From assembly GCF_900540475.1 (NCBI RefSeq), contig NZ_UQGG01000003.1: DNA of 64,000 nucleotides; one strand, 5' to 3'. The notes under the pieces were generated by a model. That model did not search any database and was not told the DNA's origin. It saw nothing but the letters and a program-made list of their open reading frames with translations. The position numbers and the translations under genes were made by a program. Origin of the DNA: an uncultured Robinsoniella sp. (GTDB taxonomy: Bacteria > Bacillota > Clostridia > Lachnospirales > Lachnospiraceae). Positions 51,186 through 60,839 of the stretch are shown piece after piece. Position 1 is the stretch's first letter. Each line of letters starts with the position of its first letter.

Positions 51186-51224
51186 AAGAGGTCTGGAGTT
51201 AATCACTCCCTCCTACTCGTTTAT

Positions 51225-51893
51225 TTAATGATTTGCAATAAATTTAATATCTTTACCGGACCAAAAATCTGGTGTAAAATTAATTTCTAATTCTTTCCAG
51301 TCAGATGGAACTTCATATGATATAGTTCCGTTCATTTTCTTCCCAGCAGCTACTGACCCATCAAGTTGTTGCTTAGCATTGTCGTCTACTGCTCCAGAAA
51401 AACTTTGGTTAATAGAATAGCTATCACAATAGGCTTCAAAACTCATTACTGAGCTTACGGTTATGTCTTTGTCAGAATTATTTGCGATATCAAATTCACA
51501 AAGCAAGAAAACTTTTCCATCAGCAGGTTTTATGTATTCACTTCCAGACGATTCTGTGACAGATACAAACGAAACTTGAATTCCATTTAGTTCAACTGTT
51601 TCGCCAGTACTAAATATAGATTTTTCAGTTTCAGTTTCGGGTTTCTCTTGCGAGCTTGCTAAATTATTTGTTTCGGATTGCTTAACTGGATCAGTACTTA
51701 CTTTTTTAGGTTTGCTATCTTTGCCTCCAGATGTTCCCACAGCAATTATAATAATCAAAACTACTACTATGATAATTACTCCGAGGCATCCAATCCCCCC
51801 TTGCTTCTTGCGACAATTTGGACATACTTTAGCATTAAAAGGTATGTCTGTTTTGCAGTGTTTACACTGCTTTGTTTGTGGTTTTTCCCTCAT
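51225..51893 (-). CDS. Zinc-ribbon + TM + DUF4352/DUF5067-like Ig-fold surface protein
   Basis: CKHC..CPNC, a TM segment, a Ser/Thr/Glu-rich linker, KPADGKVFLLCEFDIANNS and LDGSVAAGKK..YEVP. Confidence 0.75.
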   Translation of the reverse strand: MREKPQTKQCKHCKTDIPFNAKVCPNCRKKQGGIGCLGVIIIVVVLIIIIAVGTSGGKDSKPKKVSTDPVKQSETNNLASSQEKPETETEKSIFSTGETVELNGIQVSFVSVTESSGSEYIKPADGKVFLLCEFDIANNSDKDITVSSVMSFEAYCDSYSINQSFSGAVDDNAKQQLDGSVAAGKKMNGTISYEVPSDWKELEINFTPDFWSGKDIKFIANH

Positions 51894-52168
51894 GACTCTT
51901 CCCTTTCTTTGGTGTTTTTTTATTATCAATGGCTAATGCCTATTGATTTAGTGATAATGTATATAAATATATGAAAAATTCAGTGAATATTCACAGAAAT
52001 GTTTTGACAAGAACTTGCGTATTACATGATGTAACCAGTCAACGGCAAATGCCGATCACATTGGAGCAAACAACAATTTTTTATACCGTTGATATTTTGA
52101 TATAGTTGTAGTATTATATAAAAAACAAAATGTGCGTTTGCTTTGTGAGTTATGAAGGAGGTATACAT

Positions 52169-52273
52169 ATGAAAAACGAAGAGTATATTGAGTGCATTGT
52201 AAAAATGTTAAGGAGATTAAACAATAAAACTCTCAAAAATATATTTGAATATGTTCAACGAATTTTCATTTGA
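52169..52273 (+). CDS. 34-aa small protein (not in ORF track)
   Basis: AAGGAGGT RBS 6 nt before ATG. Sequence MKNEEYIECIVKMLRRLNNKTLKNIFEYVQRIFI, convergent with the XRE gene. Confidence 0.6.
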   Translation: MKNEEYIECIVKMLRRLNNKTLKNIFEYVQRIFI

Positions 52274-52285
52274 ACTTGCGACAAA

Positions 52286-52651
52286 TTAATCTGAAGTAAT
52301 TATAACAACATTTTTTATTAATTGCTTTATAGAATCACGCATGTGTGGATCGAGTTTTATATATTGTTCGATTATTTCCTGATCTAATTCATCAAGATTA
52401 TATTCTTCGATAACATCATCCATCAATATGCTAGGAGGTCTTAAATATGGGTCTCCTTTTTCTTCTGTCAGCCAGAAATAGTTGACCCGGTGTGTTTTAC
52501 ATATTAAATGAAGCATAAAGTCTTTAATTTCAACTCTGTCACGCTCCATATTATTTATTACATCACCGCTGACACCGAGTGTTTCACCAAATGCAGCGCG
52601 CGACATGTTCAAATCTTCTCTAATGAATTTTATTCTTTCTGATATTGTCAA
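52286..52651 (-). CDS. XRE-family HTH regulator (phage repressor-like)
   Basis: ERIKFIREDLNMSRAAFGETLGVS..INNMER and VNYFWL motifs. TTG start after GGAGGTG. Confidence 0.85.
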   Translation of the reverse strand: MTISERIKFIREDLNMSRAAFGETLGVSGDVINNMERDRVEIKDFMLHLICKTHRVNYFWLTEEKGDPYLRPPSILMDDVIEEYNLDELDQEIIEQYIKLDPHMRDSIKQLIKNVVIITSD

Positions 52652-52867
52652 TTATTTTCACCTCCTATACAAAATATTGTATCATATTTATATTGGTTAG
52701 ACAACCAAATAAATAATAAAATAATTAACTGAAAAAAATAGAAACAGTAATAATGAAATGATATAATTGGTTAAATAACTTTATTTATCTTAGTTTTATA
52801 TTCATTTGCCACAAACTTAGAATAAATGCAAATGTAAAATCCAATAACCTAAATAATGTAATTTAAT

Positions 52868-53012
52868 ATTAAAAGAAAGTAGCCAGCGGCTACTTTCTTA
52901 TATTGTCAACAAACTTTATTAATAAATTTAAAACATATATTCCCTGGGAGTACTCCACAGCGTGGGGCGCTGCGGAGTATGTTAATTAAATCTATTAGTG
53001 TGTACTAATACA
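52868..53012 (-). ncRNA. Candidate small RNA (~145 nt)
   Basis: Minus-strand TG-A-TATATT promoter, a 5' hairpin, a GC-rich hairpin with CCCCA loop and a terminator with U-tail. Confidence 0.45.
52871..52900 (-). terminator. Terminator hairpin (possibly bidirectional)
   Basis: Perfect 12-bp stem AAGAAAGTAGCC-AGC-GGCTACTTTCTT. Confidence 0.7.
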
Positions 53013-53374
53013 TTTGAAAATATATCATAAATAATCTTTGAGGTAAATTGAGAATGGATTAAGATTTAAAAATATGGTCACGATTGCAAAAAATATTTTG
53101 AAAACTGACATTTGAATGTTACATAGTATAGTAAACAATTAAAATTATTTAATTATTACAAAAGAAAGACTTTTCTTAGTTTATTATAATATTACGCTGT
53201 CAATCGTTTTAGACAATCTCCATCCAGTCAAAAATCCTATTATGATAAAGCAAGAAAGAATACTTAGAAATCTCTGTTACAGTATAAAAAAACGGAAATA
53301 CTTTGGTAACAGATAAAAATTTTATACATCAGGTATCGTGATTATGTGGGTTTGGGATTTTAGTCTCAAACCCG

Positions 53375-53743
53375 TTAAGTTTCATCATCCAGAAGCTGTA
53401 CCTCAACCACATCTTCAATACCTGCGGGATAAGTTTCAAGAACTGAGCCTGTGTATGTAATTGAGATTGTGTCTCCGACTTTTAAATCTGATATGGAAAT
53501 TTCCGTATGCCGCCATTCTAATTTTGTTTTATCTTCTATAGTAAAATAAAATTCTCCCCGGCTGTTTATGTCATTGACGTCCAAACCTTTGACCCCAATA
53601 TTGTGATCCCTGATTTCTTCAATTACTGCGTAAAATGTAGTCCCCGTTAGTGGATTATTCGTATTTCTTCCAATGAAAAATCCACCGATTCCGGCTAAAG
53701 ACAGCAGTAACACAAAGCCTATGATGTAAATAATCTTTTTCAT
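53375..53743 (-). CDS. Small exported OB-fold-like protein (DUF3221/YobA-like)
   Basis: N-terminal TM segment and DLKVGDTISITYTGSVLETYPA. RBS AAGGGAG. Confidence 0.75.
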   Translation of the reverse strand: MKKIIYIIGFVLLLSLAGIGGFFIGRNTNNPLTGTTFYAVIEEIRDHNIGVKGLDVNDINSRGEFYFTIEDKTKLEWRHTEISISDLKVGDTISITYTGSVLETYPAGIEDVVEVQLLDDET

Positions 53744-53935
53744 TGTGAACTCCCTTCTGATTTAACTTAATTATAAACGGAAATGAAAGTTAAATCAACT
53801 CTAACGGACAGTTCTACGAACAATCAAAAGCCCATGATGAGGACGTTTGCAAACTGGTTAATGAATTACTGACAGCCAGCAGTGCCTCCGACCCCTATAT
53901 CATCTTAAAATATATCTTGTAGAAAATAATAGCGC

Positions 53936-54000
53936 TTGACTTTAGCCATAACCGGGTATATACTTTTGTTAGAAACTTATATAAGTATATTATAAAAGTA
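53936..54000 (+). promoter_or_regulatory. Sigma-A promoter and palindromic operator of the ROK operon
   Basis: TTGACT-17 bp-TATACT. A 40-bp dyad TACTTTT..ACTTATATAAGT..AAAAGTA covers the start site. Confidence 0.65.
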
Positions 54001-54018
54001 GATCAGACAGGAGGTAAC

Positions 54019-55053
54019 ATGAAAGATATATTAGGGAAACCTCATGCATTGAAACAGGTAAATCTTTCAGTTGTGCGTAAGGCGATTAAAGAAAAGGGTT
54101 CTGCTACAAGGGCGGAGATCGTGGAGGCAACGAAAATCAGTGTCACTACCGTGCGAACACTGCTAACGGAAATGCTGATGAATAACGAAATTGTTGATGC
54201 AGGGTATGATGAATCGATTGGGGGAAGAAAGGCAGTCCGCTATGAACTGAATAAAAACAGGTTTTTCGGAGTTGGGCTGTGCCTGGGAAGTGACAGTATC
54301 CGCTATCTAACCGTTAATATCTGTGGGGAAATTCAGGACAGCGGTATACTACCTGGGGGAGATAATGCTGTGGAAGCTATCTGTTTATTTTTGGATGAAC
54401 TGGTAACCAGGATAGAAATAAAGTCAATTGGTATTGGAGTTCCCGGAATTGTCAATGGACTGGAATATCAGAGAAAAAATTCGCAGGGACAGTTGGAAGG
54501 ATATCCCATTGGAGAGGCTATTCATCAGCGGTATGGGATTCCGGTAATCTTAGAAAATGACCTGAATGCCATTACACTGGGCTTTGGAAGATGCTATTTG
54601 AAGGAATATCCCGAAGAAATATGCGAAAATATCAATATGGCATATATTCATTTTGATAATGACTGTCTAAGTGCAGGCTTCCTTTCAGGTGGAAGAGTTT
54701 TGCGTGGCTGGAATAACTTTGTAGGGGAATTGGGACTGTTTCCGGTGGATGAAACAAGAACACTGGATGATCTGCTGTCATCCCCTTTGGAAGATGAGCG
54801 TTATGCTCAAATAATAGCAAAACTAATTGCAGGAATCTGCTGTATCTTGAATCCTCAATACATTGCCCTTGGGGGAAATGATTTCCGGAAAGAATGCCTG
54901 CCTTTGATTAACGATTATTTTGACAGTACTTTACCGGAGAAAATGTCTGCTGAAATACTTTATGCAGAGGATATTTGGCATGATTATCTGGAAGGAATTG
55001 CTTATTTAACTGCTGAACAGATTTTTGCGGATGTAATGCTGGTAAGGGGGTAA
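54019..55053 (+). CDS. ROK-family transcriptional repressor
   Basis: N-terminal HTH (ATRAEIVEATKISVTTV), GGRKA, GIGVPG, LENDLNA and GELG motifs. Confidence 0.9.
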   Translation: MKDILGKPHALKQVNLSVVRKAIKEKGSATRAEIVEATKISVTTVRTLLTEMLMNNEIVDAGYDESIGGRKAVRYELNKNRFFGVGLCLGSDSIRYLTVNICGEIQDSGILPGGDNAVEAICLFLDELVTRIEIKSIGIGVPGIVNGLEYQRKNSQGQLEGYPIGEAIHQRYGIPVILENDLNAITLGFGRCYLKEYPEEICENINMAYIHFDNDCLSAGFLSGGRVLRGWNNFVGELGLFPVDETRTLDDLLSSPLEDERYAQIIAKLIAGICCILNPQYIALGGNDFRKECLPLINDYFDSTLPEKMSAEILYAEDIWHDYLEGIAYLTAEQIFADVMLVRG

Positions 55054-55060
55054 ATACTAT

Positions 55061-56353
55061 ATGACAGATACTACTGCGGAGTTGCCGACACTGTCAAAAG
55101 TGCAAAGATCATTTCATGCCCAGGTGGTTTTCGGGACCTCTTTTATTTTTTTAACCAGCGGCGTTTTTTTAAGCGGTCTGGCTATATACATGGGAGCAAG
55201 CGATTTACTGGTAAGCTACATCAGTATGATTACAAATATCTGTGGGATATCGATTATCTTTTTCTCATCCTTTATGGAACGGTTTCGCAGTTTCAAAAAG
55301 ATTACCATAGGATTAACAGTTCTGTCGAAATTTGCCACGTTGCTGATCGTTTTGATTCCAGTATTTGTTCCGGCAGAAATGCAGATTATCATTTTTATAC
55401 CCGTGATGATTACAGCATTTACTTTACAGGCGCAGACAACGGTTGTCTTGAATAACTGGATGGTCACCTTTGTGGAGGAGAAAAAGAGCGGCAGATATAT
55501 TGCGGGGCGCCAGACTTTTGTTTTGGGGGTAACGGTTATTCTGTCTCTGGCAGGCGGCAGGCTGCTTGATGCAGTATCGGGAGCATATATTGGATTCTTT
55601 CTTTTGTTTTTGGCAGCAATGATTATGGGTGTTATGGAAATAATCGTATTGATTCGCATTCCCGATGCAGAACAGCAAAATATAATGGTAAAGAAAAGCA
55701 GGTTTTCAGATATGGTTCGGGTACCTTTTAAAAACCGCCAGTTTTTGGCCTTTGTTGTGTATATATTTTTGTTTTATCTGATGCTTTCCATTGCTGACAG
55801 TTTTACGGTAGTATATATGATGCGTTATCTGCAGCTTTCCTATGTCACAACGACTGGTATGCAGATGTTGATCTCATTGCCGCAGATCTTCCTGTTGGGG
55901 GTCTGGGGAAAAGTGAGTGACAGAAGAGGGCATCAGTTTGCACTCACTGCTTCCATATGGTTTTTTATAGGTGAAACATTTTTTATGGCATTATCGAATC
56001 CCCATAACTTTTATGTCTTTATTCCGGTCGCATTTATATTTGCTTCGGCAGCGAACGCCGGGTTTATGGTCTCTGTATTTAACCGACGCTACGAGCTTAT
56101 GCCAGCAGAGGGGCGGATCTTATACGATAATTTTTACAGTGCTGCGGTTGGGCTGGCGTTTATTCTGGGGCCTGTCATTGGAGGTGGTGTGAAACGTCTG
56201 CTGGAATCCAGCTCATGGGTGACTGAAGTAATACAATTTGGAAACATCCGGCTTTTATATGTAGTATCAACGGCAGCAATTATATTACTGCAGGTTCTGA
56301 TGATGAGTGTAAAGAGTAAAGGCAGTAAAATTACTTTAGAAGGAGGTTGCTGA
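55061..56353 (+). CDS. MFS transporter
   Basis: About 12 hydrophobic segments and a WGKVSDRRG loop motif. Confidence 0.85.
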   Translation: MTDTTAELPTLSKVQRSFHAQVVFGTSFIFLTSGVFLSGLAIYMGASDLLVSYISMITNICGISIIFFSSFMERFRSFKKITIGLTVLSKFATLLIVLIPVFVPAEMQIIIFIPVMITAFTLQAQTTVVLNNWMVTFVEEKKSGRYIAGRQTFVLGVTVILSLAGGRLLDAVSGAYIGFFLLFLAAMIMGVMEIIVLIRIPDAEQQNIMVKKSRFSDMVRVPFKNRQFLAFVVYIFLFYLMLSIADSFTVVYMMRYLQLSYVTTTGMQMLISLPQIFLLGVWGKVSDRRGHQFALTASIWFFIGETFFMALSNPHNFYVFIPVAFIFASAANAGFMVSVFNRRYELMPAEGRILYDNFYSAAVGLAFILGPVIGGGVKRLLESSSWVTEVIQFGNIRLLYVVSTAAIILLQVLMMSVKSKGSKITLEGGC

Positions 56354-56354
56354 C

Positions 56355-57254
56355 ATGGCAAAAATAGATTTGCATATCCATTCCAATTGCAGTGATGACG
56401 GATCGTTTTCAGTTCCTGAAATTATGGATCTGTGTAGACAGTCACACATTTGTTTTATGTCCATTACGGATCACAATACCGTTAGGGGGGTACCGCAAGC
56501 CCTGGAACTGGCGGGAAAAATGGGAATTGAGGTTATATCCGGAGTGGAACTGGACTGTGTCTGTATGGGACGGAACTTTCATCTGCTGGGTTATGGATTT
56601 GACTGTACGGATCCTGTATTTGCGGAGATTGAGCAAAGTATTCTTGAGCAGGAACGTAAAGCGGCAAGGAAAAAAATTGAACTTATCCGAGAGGAGACGG
56701 GTATTCCTCTTGGAACGGATGAAGTACTGGAGGCTTCAGAAGATGGCGTGGTTACCGGTGAGCTGATTGCGGAATTGTTATTGAAAAAAGAAAATGCAAA
56801 GGATTATCCGATATTATTACCGTATCAGCCTGGTGGGAAACGCTCTGACAATCCTTTTGTGAACTTTTACTGGGACTATTTTTCACAGGGGAAGCCGGCA
56901 TATGTGCCCATAAAATATATTTCAATGGAAGAGGCTGCCGGCCTGATTCATGCAGCAGGAGGAATTGCCGTTCTGGCGCATCCCGGACAGAATCTGCAGG
57001 GGGACTATGCTTTTCTCCAGCAGATAGTCAGGTCGCATCTGGATGGTATCGAAGCATATTCCTCTTATCACTGCAGAATGGAAATAACTTATTTTACCGA
57101 GATAGCCCAGGAAAATAACCTGCTGATCACCTGCGGAAGTGATTTTCACGGCAAGACAAAACCCTCCATCCGTCTGGGCGGACATGGAGCAGATGAAAAA
57201 ATGTCTGCAATTATAAGGGAAAGAATAATGGTGAAAATGCTAAATAGCCATTGA
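56355..57254 (+). CDS. PHP-domain phosphoesterase
   Basis: DLHIHSNCSDDG, ITDHN, GVE, LAHP and GSDFHG motifs. Confidence 0.9.
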   Translation: MAKIDLHIHSNCSDDGSFSVPEIMDLCRQSHICFMSITDHNTVRGVPQALELAGKMGIEVISGVELDCVCMGRNFHLLGYGFDCTDPVFAEIEQSILEQERKAARKKIELIREETGIPLGTDEVLEASEDGVVTGELIAELLLKKENAKDYPILLPYQPGGKRSDNPFVNFYWDYFSQGKPAYVPIKYISMEEAAGLIHAAGGIAVLAHPGQNLQGDYAFLQQIVRSHLDGIEAYSSYHCRMEITYFTEIAQENNLLITCGSDFHGKTKPSIRLGGHGADEKMSAIIRERIMVKMLNSH

Positions 57255-57265
57255 CTGTTGCTCGC

Positions 57266-58279
57266 TTATTTATTTTTATGAACCATTTCCCCATCTTTTC
57301 CAATCAGATAGCCACCGGTATAAATTACTTTATTTTCTGGTTCATCAAAAGCCGGAACCTCTTCATTTAACAGCTGAAGTGCTGTTTCCAAACCTAATTT
57401 GCCCATTTTTTCAGAATCCTGGAGCATGGTTCCGGACATATCCCCTTCCACTATGGCGTTGACTGCCTGTTGGCTTCCGTCAAATCCAAATACAAGAACA
57501 TCTTTTTTGCCTGCTTCTTTCAGTGCCCGGGAAGCACCCAGTGCCATTGGATCATTTTCCGCAAAAAGTGCGGTAATATCGGGATGATACAGAATCATTT
57601 TCTTAGTTTTGGTATATGCAAGGTCTTCGTCGGAATTGGCATATTCCACCGCTGAAATTTTATATCCGGCATCTGTTACCTTTGAAATGAATGCGTCGCC
57701 GCGGCGATTGGCATAAACGGCAGAAGACTCACATTTCAGTACTGCCATTTCTTTTGTATGGTCTGGGTTATCTTTTAAGAGGCTTAAAGCATATTCCGCC
57801 ACTGTTTCCCCTCCGGCAGTGCAGTCAGATACAATCAATGCATCCTTGTCTGAACCGCCGTCACCGATATCCACTATGACGATGGGGATGTTTTTTTCGT
57901 GTGACAGGTCTACGATTTCTTCCATATATCCCGGGTAACAGGGGGAGACTACCAGAGCATCAATATCCTGTGCAATCAGGCTTTTGCAGCCACGCAGCAT
58001 TTCTTCCGGGTCATTGTTCTGGTTGTGGGTTAGCAGCGTAATGCCAAGGCTGCTGGCATCTTCTTTTAGACTTTTGTCCATCCGTTTGAAAAAATCATTT
58101 TCCAGCGTATAGACAGACCAGCCCACATTGATCCCGTTGGGGCTTGCCGGTGTAATTTCCTGTATCACGGATTTTGTGACTCCTGCAGTTCCGGGATCGG
58201 AACATCCTGGAACAAGCAGCAACAAGGCGCCTGCGGATAAGAAGGTAAAGAATTTTCTGTGATTTTTTTTATGTCTCAT
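57266..58279 (-). CDS. RbsB-like sugar-binding lipoprotein (orphan)
   Basis: Lipobox LVPGC, NDFF, ENDPMALGA and VFGFDGS. RBS AAGGAG before the ATG at 58279. Confidence 0.85.
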   Translation of the reverse strand: MRHKKNHRKFFTFLSAGALLLLVPGCSDPGTAGVTKSVIQEITPASPNGINVGWSVYTLENDFFKRMDKSLKEDASSLGITLLTHNQNNDPEEMLRGCKSLIAQDIDALVVSPCYPGYMEEIVDLSHEKNIPIVIVDIGDGGSDKDALIVSDCTAGGETVAEYALSLLKDNPDHTKEMAVLKCESSAVYANRRGDAFISKVTDAGYKISAVEYANSDEDLAYTKTKKMILYHPDITALFAENDPMALGASRALKEAGKKDVLVFGFDGSQQAVNAIVEGDMSGTMLQDSEKMGKLGLETALQLLNEEVPAFDEPENKVIYTGGYLIGKDGEMVHKNK

Positions 58280-58357
58280 ATTTAAGCACTCCTTTATAGT
58301 GGTTATGATTGCACACATCAGCTTTTATGATATAATAATAATCATAATTTGTATAGT

Positions 58358-58624
58358 ATGACAGATAAAAAAAGCATCAAAATATGTGATTTTCTAAGAT
58401 TTATGGGAGGAAGGAGAGGAGGAAGCAAACATACGGGCAGAAATTGCAGAGATATCATACAGGAAACAAAACTCCAGTACGCAATGGAGCTGTTGGATAA
58501 CTCGGAATTGAGCATTTACCATATTGCAGAGGAATGCGGCTATTCCAGTCCGAGCCATTTTTTTCGGGTATTCCGTGAAAAGTATGGAATTACACCCAAT
58601 GAGTATAGAGTAAATAAGGTTTAG
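58358..58624 (+). CDS. Stand-alone AraC C-terminal HTH (fragment or pseudogene)
   Basis: AMELLDNSELSIYHIAEECGYSSPSHFFRVFREKYGITP only. No sensing domain or first HTH. Confidence 0.6.
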   Translation: MTDKKSIKICDFLRFMGGRRGGSKHTGRNCRDIIQETKLQYAMELLDNSELSIYHIAEECGYSSPSHFFRVFREKYGITPNEYRVNKV

Positions 58625-58848
58625 AATATAGGAGTAATTAACAGGCACTCGCTGACTTACAGCGTGACAAACCGGAGATCTCAGGTAGATACTCCGGTTT
58701 TGTCATGTAGTGCTTTCTATTCAGGGATAGGATATATACTTTGTAAAATGACAGATCAGCAGGAGCAGAAAAGAATTGACAGAGAAATACCAGTGAGATA
58801 TAATAAGTCCGTAAACAGACTAAATACATATTCGTCAGGAGGATGGGC

Positions 58849-59316
58849 ATGGAGATCAGGGAGTACATTAAAGAATATTATGATTTTTGGTTTGGGATAA
58901 ACAGTATCTATGAAATGTGGTCAAAAAAGCGGGGATTGACATTTTACTCATTGTCCGTTTTATATATCATACATGAGAAGGAAGGGAACTGTACGCAGAA
59001 GATGATTTGTGATCAGCTGCTTTTGCCTAAACAGACAATTAACACTATTTTAAATTCTTTTGAGAAGAAGGAATGGGTTATAAGAAGAACGATGGAAAAT
59101 GATAAACGTAATAAGGCAGTACTTTTTACAAAAAAAGGACAGGATTTTGCAGACAGGATTATGACAGAATTGTATCAGCTGGAAGCTTGTGCCATGGATA
59201 AAATGAAAGAAGGACAGAGAGCGGATATGGCGGAGAATAACCGTCTGTTTCTGACTAATCTGCATAAAGTAATGGAGATCAATGCAGATGATGCAAAGGA
59301 AGGTGCCGAATGTTAA
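58849..59316 (+). CDS. MarR-family regulator
   Basis: CTQKMICDQLLLPKQTINTIL and DKRNK..FTKKG motifs. RBS AGGAGG. Confidence 0.9.
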   Translation: MEIREYIKEYYDFWFGINSIYEMWSKKRGLTFYSLSVLYIIHEKEGNCTQKMICDQLLLPKQTINTILNSFEKKEWVIRRTMENDKRNKAVLFTKKGQDFADRIMTELYQLEACAMDKMKEGQRADMAENNRLFLTNLHKVMEINADDAKEGAEC

Positions 59317-60641
59317 AGACATTTTTGAAATTTGTTTTGCCGTCAATGCTGGCTTTTGCATTTTCGGGCGTTTATGCAATTGTGGATGGCTTCTTTGTGG
59401 GAAGAAATATAGGAGATGCCGGTTTGGCGGCTATTAATATTGCCTATCCGATGACGGCATTGATTCAGGCGGTAGGAACAGGAATCGGAATGGGAGGGGC
59501 TATTTATTTCTCTATCAATAAAGGAAGACAAGATGAGAAACGTGCATCCGGGTACGCGGGTAACACGATGGTTTACCTGCTTTTTGCATGTATCCTTCTT
59601 ACGATATTTTTGGCATGTGTTCATTATCCGGCTTTAGAATTATTTGGTGCTGAGGGAGAAATCCTTACTTTAGCGAATGAGTATATTCGTGTCATTATCG
59701 TAGGGACAACTTTTCAGCTGCTGTCTACAGGGCTGGTTCCGCTTCTGCGTAATCATGGCAAGGCAATTTTTGCAATGGGATGTATGGTTGCAGGTTTTGT
59801 AACCAATATTGTGCTTGATTATTTGTTTATCGCGGTACTGCCATTTGGTATGGCGGGAGCGGCGTGGGCGACGATAATCGGACAGGCTGTAACAATGGTA
59901 CCCTGCCTGCTGGTCTTATTTTCTAAAAAGTATCGTCTGCCAAGGGAGGCGTTTAAACCTCAGTTTGGGATGCTAAAAGAGATTATATCTACGGGAATAT
60001 CCCCTTTTGGACTTACGCTTTCTCCCAATATTGTTCTGTTGATTATGAATAAAACAGCTATGCTTTACGGCGGTACTCTGGTGGTGGCTTCCTATGCGGT
60101 AATCAGCTATGTCAGCTGTGTGGTACAGCTGCTTTTGCAGGGAGTAGGTGATGGAAGCCAGCCCCTGCTCAGCCGGTATATTGGAGAGAAGAATGTAAAG
60201 TCAGCAGGCACAGTATGCAAAATGGCATATATACTGGCGGCTGTGGTGGCGCTTCTGTGCGGTGGAGTGATGATTGCCCTAAGGTATGTAATCCCACCGT
60301 TTTTCGGGGCCTCTCTCCAGGTCACAGAGGCAGCGGCAGAAGCCTTGCCTGTTTTTGCAGCCGGATTTCTTTTTATTGCTTTTCTAAGAGTAACGACATC
60401 TTATTTTTATGCTTCCGGCAAAAATCGGTTTGCTTATATTCTGGTATATGGTGAGCCGGCACTCTTGTTTTTACTGCTTACTTTTGTATTTCCGCGTTTT
60501 TGGGGATTAACGGGGGTTTGGATTTCCGTACCGGTAACCCAGATGCTTCTCTCTGTGATTGGATTTTACTGCCTGAAAAGAAAGGGAATTAAGCCGGATA
60601 ATGTTCCTGATATGGTGTTGCAGAAGAATTTTGACAAATAA
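59310..60641 (+). CDS. MATE-family efflux transporter
   Basis: IVDGFFVG, NIVLDYLFI..GMAGAAWATIIGQ and GVGDGSQPL motifs. Overlaps marR. Confidence 0.92.
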   Translation: MLKTFLKFVLPSMLAFAFSGVYAIVDGFFVGRNIGDAGLAAINIAYPMTALIQAVGTGIGMGGAIYFSINKGRQDEKRASGYAGNTMVYLLFACILLTIFLACVHYPALELFGAEGEILTLANEYIRVIIVGTTFQLLSTGLVPLLRNHGKAIFAMGCMVAGFVTNIVLDYLFIAVLPFGMAGAAWATIIGQAVTMVPCLLVLFSKKYRLPREAFKPQFGMLKEIISTGISPFGLTLSPNIVLLIMNKTAMLYGGTLVVASYAVISYVSCVVQLLLQGVGDGSQPLLSRYIGEKNVKSAGTVCKMAYILAAVVALLCGGVMIALRYVIPPFFGASLQVTEAAAEALPVFAAGFLFIAFLRVTTSYFYASGKNRFAYILVYGEPALLFLLLTFVFPRFWGLTGVWISVPVTQMLLSVIGFYCLKRKGIKPDNVPDMVLQKNFDK

Positions 60642-60716
60642 TATGTTTGATCGTCCTGTTTTGATATATTTTATATTTTCTTCCTATTATTAAAGAAATA
60701 ATAATATTGCCATTTA

Positions 60717-60745
60717 TTGACTTTGCAATTTCACCAGAGTATAAT
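60717..60745 (+). promoter_or_regulatory. Sigma-A promoter of the P-type ATPase
   Basis: TTGACT-17 bp-TATAAT. Confidence 0.7.
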
Positions 60746-60839
60746 TGAGTTAAGTTTTATTCCCTGTGCTAAGTGCAGCGGCGCTTGGTACAGAAATGAC
60801 ATATACTATACCAGAGATGATGGATAAAGGGATGGATAG

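Noticed and set aside
51031..51228. 65-aa ORF
   Set aside because: It is an out-of-frame read through the maturase remnant and intron DV/DVI RNA.
53800..53922. Short coding-looking stretch (FYEQSKAHDEDV...)
   Set aside because: It has no start codon or RBS and no recognisable family; at most a gene remnant.
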